From: Candidatus Omnitrophota bacterium
GTDB taxonomy: Bacteria; Omnitrophota; Gorgyraeia; Gygaellales; Profunditerraquicolaceae
Assembly (NCBI GenBank): GCA_041661605.1
Contig: JBAZUE010000001.1
Location: 542,928 to 606,927 of the forward strand
DNA: 64,000 nt
Direction: 5' to 3'
Every line of letters starts with the position of its first letter. Within the stretch, counting starts at the first letter, position 1. The notes under the pieces are model-generated. The model searched no databases. It saw only the letters and a list, made by a program, of their open reading frames with translations, and was not told the DNA's origin. Positions 61,190-64,000 of this stretch are shown one piece after another. A program made the translations under genes and the position numbers.

Positions 61190-62359
61190 TTATTTGTTAT
61201 TCTTCTTTTTAGCGATGTGAATGATAAACGCATCGTCTTTAATCTCTGTCTTAATGCCATTAGGATCTGCATCCGCAGGCAAAGGAATCACCTTAACAAA
61301 AGACCCTGAAGTCTGCCTGCCCTGAAAACTGCCCGGAGATTTCTCTTCTACGCTGCTAGAGTACTCTCCGGTCAAGGTAATTAAGTTTCCGCTGATATGC
61401 GCTTTTACTTTATTTTTATCCAAACCGCTGATATCAAGTTTCAGGGTATATTCATTTGCCGTCTCATCCACATTTAGCTTTGCGTCATATAATATACGGC
61501 TGTCGACTACGTTATTCTGCCCTACCCTGAAATTGACACTATTCTGTTTCCTTAAATTTACCGGCAAACCTTCATTACGCTTATATTCTTTCAGGGATTG
61601 CTTCAATTTCTCAACAGGAATCGCAAAGCCTATGCTCTGGGAATACTCCACTACCGCTACATTTATGCCGATAAGTTTAGCGTTTAAATTAAACAATGCT
61701 CCACCGCTATTACCCGGGTTAATAGGCGCATCTACCTGAAGCATATCGCCCATAACATAATCTCCCTGAGAAGAGTAAAATTTCCTATTCTTGCCGCTGA
61801 CGATTCCGGAGGTAACTGTATTCTCAAGCCCGAGGGGGTTTCCGATTGCCACCACTGTTTCCCCTAGCATCAGGTCTTTTGTCTGGCCTAAAGATGCCTC
61901 AACGAGCGGTTTTGGCGGAGTGATTTTGATAAAGGCCAGATCGTCATATCTATTCTCATATACCAGCTCACCCTGAACCTGCTTGCCGTCATTTAAAATA
62001 ACAAAGATACTACTGGCCATATTAACCACATGCGCATTGGTTACAATTAATCCGGACTTATCCACAATTACTCCGGAGCCTACGCTTTTTAATTTTAAAG
62101 CCGGAGCCATCCCGTGAAAAGTAGAGAATTGATTATACAAAACATCAAAATCATTGCCATACACCCCCCAATAAGGGTCTTGCTGCAAAAGAATAATTTT
62201 TTCGGTACTGATATTAACCACTGAGTCCGCAGTATCCTTAACAACCTGGACAACAGGAGTCATACGGACATCGATTTCGGCGCTATGAGCGGCTGCCGTT
62301 GTTAATGAGATTACCGCAAAAACAAGAAGATTACTTCTTAAGAAGCCCGATAAACGCAT
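61190..62359 (-). CDS. HtrA/DegP-family serine protease fused to a C-terminal Hsp20/alpha-crystallin-like domain
   Basis: Triad contexts TNAHVV, DDLAFIKI and GNSGGAL. No PDZ-like segment. The last ~100 aa read NEYTLKLDISGLDKNKVKAHISGNLITLTGEY...FVKVIPLPADADPNGIKTEIKDDAFIIHIAKK. Start set to ATG 62359 (AAGGAGG upstream). Confidence 0.8.
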   Translation of the reverse strand: MRLSGFLRSNLLVFAVISLTTAAAHSAEIDVRMTPVVQVVKDTADSVVNISTEKIILLQQDPYWGVYGNDFDVLYNQFSTFHGMAPALKLKSVGSGVIVDKSGLIVTNAHVVNMASSIFVILNDGKQVQGELVYENRYDDLAFIKITPPKPLVEASLGQTKDLMLGETVVAIGNPLGLENTVTSGIVSGKNRKFYSSQGDYVMGDMLQVDAPINPGNSGGALFNLNAKLIGINVAVVEYSQSIGFAIPVEKLKQSLKEYKRNEGLPVNLRKQNSVNFRVGQNNVVDSRILYDAKLNVDETANEYTLKLDISGLDKNKVKAHISGNLITLTGEYSSSVEEKSPGSFQGRQTSGSFVKVIPLPADADPNGIKTEIKDDAFIIHIAKKKNNK

Positions 62360-62412
62360 AAAACTCCTCCTTAACAACAACTTAAACTTCAGCTTTCGAT
62401 CCTGACGAAAAA

Positions 62413-62441
62413 ATTTTACAATTATTTCATTAAATTGTCAA
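62413..62441 (-). promoter_or_regulatory. consensus-like sigma70 promoter of the htrA-like gene
   Basis: Minus-strand TTGACA-N17-TAAAAT. Confidence 0.6.
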
Positions 62442-62461
62442 TTATAAAATGCCCTGTAAAG

Positions 62462-62498
62462 AAAAAGGCCTCTTTTAAAATGCAAAAGAGGCCTTTTT
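62462..62498. terminator. bidirectional intrinsic terminator
   Basis: AGGCCTCTTTT-N7-AAAAGAGGCCT flanked by an A-run and a T-run. Confidence 0.8.
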
Positions 62499-62515
62499 GT
62501 AAATATTAAAATGGA

Positions 62516-62926
62516 TTATTCCTGGTTATTGATTGAGATCAAACTTAACTCATCGCCAACCTGCTTGGCAGTAACTGTTACTTGTAACTTGCTGTCAGCA
62601 TTCTTAAGAAACTCTGCTACTTTGGCATTTGAATCTTTGTCAAATGCATAAAGTTTGCCATCTGCGAAGATAGAATAACCGCTAGCCTGGCAGTTCGGCA
62701 TCAAAGCACACTCCTTAGTATGCGTCTTGACAAATTCCGCCAAATTAGCTTTATTAGTACCTGCGCACATGTTGTCAATAATATCACCCTTTAAGGCCAT
62801 TGTTTCAGGCGTAGTTGCAGGCGCAGCCACAGCCGTAGTTGTATCAACTGGTTTGGCCATATCCTGAGCAAAAGCTAAAGAGCTTACAAAACAAAGAGCC
62901 ATAAGCACGAAAAGTATTTTCTTCAT
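62516..62926 (-). CDS. hypothetical secreted protein
   Basis: Signal peptide LAFA|QD; 136 aa with four Cys; followed by a strong terminator. Confidence 0.4.
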   Translation of the reverse strand: MKKILFVLMALCFVSSLAFAQDMAKPVDTTTAVAAPATTPETMALKGDIIDNMCAGTNKANLAEFVKTHTKECALMPNCQASGYSIFADGKLYAFDKDSNAKVAEFLKNADSKLQVTVTAKQVGDELSLISINNQE

Positions 62927-63048
62927 TTCAATTCACCCCCTTTCATTTAGTTGATTGGTTTAATACAGAAAAGTTAACAAATTAAAATAATATTAGCACT
63001 ATTTCTTAGGTTGTCAATGGATAAAGTAAGACAGCTTGCCTGCGCAGC

Positions 63049-63456
63049 TTATTCTTTCGGATTCTGAATTTGCCAGGAATTCAGCCTTTGGCGGGCGTCA
63101 AAATTAAGCGGGATTATCTCTGTGAACGAACCTCCTGAGGGCTTGCGGTAAATGCAGGTTTCTTTGATGCCGGCCTGGCCCTCAGCCGGCCTGCATAAAG
63201 AGGGTTCTCCGTAAAGATGGAAAATCGCCTGTTTTTGCGTTAGTTTAGCCAGGCGGCCGTTAGCAATATCGGCCCTTAAGTTATTATACAATTTAGCCTC
63301 TTCATTTAACTGAGCCTGCATTTCTTTCTGATTATCGTCTAAGTTTTTCACAAACATAGCTTCGTGAAAATGGGTAAGATATACGCAGCCGGAAATAAAG
63401 ATTGCGGCTACGGTTAAAAAAGATAGATGCGGGGTGAAAATCTTGCTCTTTACCAT
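63049..63456 (-). CDS. hypothetical membrane-anchored/lipoprotein
   Basis: N-terminal hydrophobic segment with FISGC; no recognisable domain. Confidence 0.4.
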   Translation of the reverse strand: MVKSKIFTPHLSFLTVAAIFISGCVYLTHFHEAMFVKNLDDNQKEMQAQLNEEAKLYNNLRADIANGRLAKLTQKQAIFHLYGEPSLCRPAEGQAGIKETCIYRKPSGGSFTEIIPLNFDARQRLNSWQIQNPKE

Positions 63457-63480
63457 TTCGCAGATAAAGTTTTACATCCG

Positions 63481-63858
63481 TTATAATGGGGCTCGTTCTA
63501 CTTTTATAGACTCTCCGTCTTTAACTACAGCAAGAACGCCCGGGTCGCCTTCTATCTTGCCAAAAACATTCACGGTGCTGGCAGGAACAATCTTACCTTT
63601 ACGGCTCTTAGGAGTCAAGCCGAAAAACAAACACATGCAAGGGCCGCTAGGCCAATAAGCCACATCGCCAACTTCAACTACATCACGGGAGCATTCTTTT
63701 TCAATATCTATCTTCGACTTGATATGAAAATAAACCTCTTTTCCCCATAATTCGGCCATAGCCGAAATCGGCAGACTATCCCATATCCATTTCGCTGTCC
63801 AACAGTCATTTAGCTTGGCAAAAACAACCAGTTTTCCTAAAGTAATTTTTATTCTCAT
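63481..63858 (-). CDS. cyclophilin-like fold protein (DUF3830-like)
   Basis: 125 aa with W..LP....A..WG.EVYF.........GDVAYWP.G...C.FFG, the pattern of cyclophilin-like superfamily proteins. Confidence 0.5.
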   Translation of the reverse strand: MRIKITLGKLVVFAKLNDCWTAKWIWDSLPISAMAELWGKEVYFHIKSKIDIEKECSRDVVEVGDVAYWPSGPCMCLFFGLTPKSRKGKIVPASTVNVFGKIEGDPGVLAVVKDGESIKVERAPL

Positions 63859-64000
63859 ATTTAGCCGATATCCCGCTTCTCTTTAATTAAGGATATCCTG
63901 AAAATCAACTTTTGCAAACGCTTCCTCTCCCCTTTTTATTGACTTTTGTCTACCCAGGCGGCAGGAATAAAGATTATATTTATTGCAAGAGTCTGTGAAT

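Noticed and set aside
1-64000. CRISPR arrays, tRNA, rRNA, tmRNA, RNase P RNA and SRP RNA.
   Set aside because: I saw no regularly spaced direct repeats, no GTTCRAnYC T-loop contexts in intergenic DNA, and no conserved cores of the listed RNAs when reading the intergenic regions. This is manual inspection only, so tRNAscan-SE or Infernal should confirm it.

Overview
This is a 64-kb bacterial chromosomal window, moderately AT-rich by eye. It carries about 78 protein genes, and all but one (the MFS transporter at 38116-39396) are on the minus strand. I found no rRNA, tRNA or CRISPR array by reading the sequence.

Gene content:
- 134-31520 is an uninterrupted co-directional housekeeping block. 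It holds a complete DapL-route lysine operon (lysA-dapF-dapA-dapB-dapL) followed by folK-panC-nadX, and a complete arginine operon (argC-J-B-D-F-G-H, with argJ frameshifted). It also holds rplM-rpsI, truA, asd, leuC-leuD-leuB, yceD-rpmF-plsX-fabH-fabD-fabG-acpP-fabF, coaD, rsmD, a GT39 membrane glycosyltransferase and recG.
- 31.9-36.5 kb encodes envelope functions: two lipoproteins and a minimal synthase-dependent exopolysaccharide pair (a processive GT2 plus a TPR/beta-barrel porin), preceded by two half-rubrerythrin-like mini-ORFs.
- 39.4-44.4 kb is accessory and partly AT-rich. It contains a PIN-like gene with a small partner, an excisionase-type HTH, a membrane-anchored single-HKD PLD nuclease fused to tandem wHTH domains, a cupin, a YvlD/holin-family protein, and a Pif1/RecD-like helicase with a small partner.
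- 44.5-64 kb is mixed metabolism, stress and envelope: an alanine symporter, a choloylglycine-hydrolase-family gene, a LysM amidase, ABC-F, dusB, pgi, DAHP synthase, two csp genes, an Smr gene and an HtrA protease fused to an Hsp20-like domain.

The main finding is non-coding. A 51-bp element is present in nine gap-free, co-oriented copies. Each copy abuts or supplies the stop codon of the last gene of a transcription unit. I do not recognise it as a described repeat family, and its function (unit boundary, atypical promoter, 3'-UTR element or MITE-like insertion) is unresolved.

Other repeat families:
- a 41-nt intercistronic element, present twice;
- a GC-rich CACCCCGCG...CGCGGGTG hairpin, present twice, once next to an SD-sequestering stem;
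- two related composite palindromes.

All functional calls rest on motif-level reading of the translated ORFs. No database search was run.
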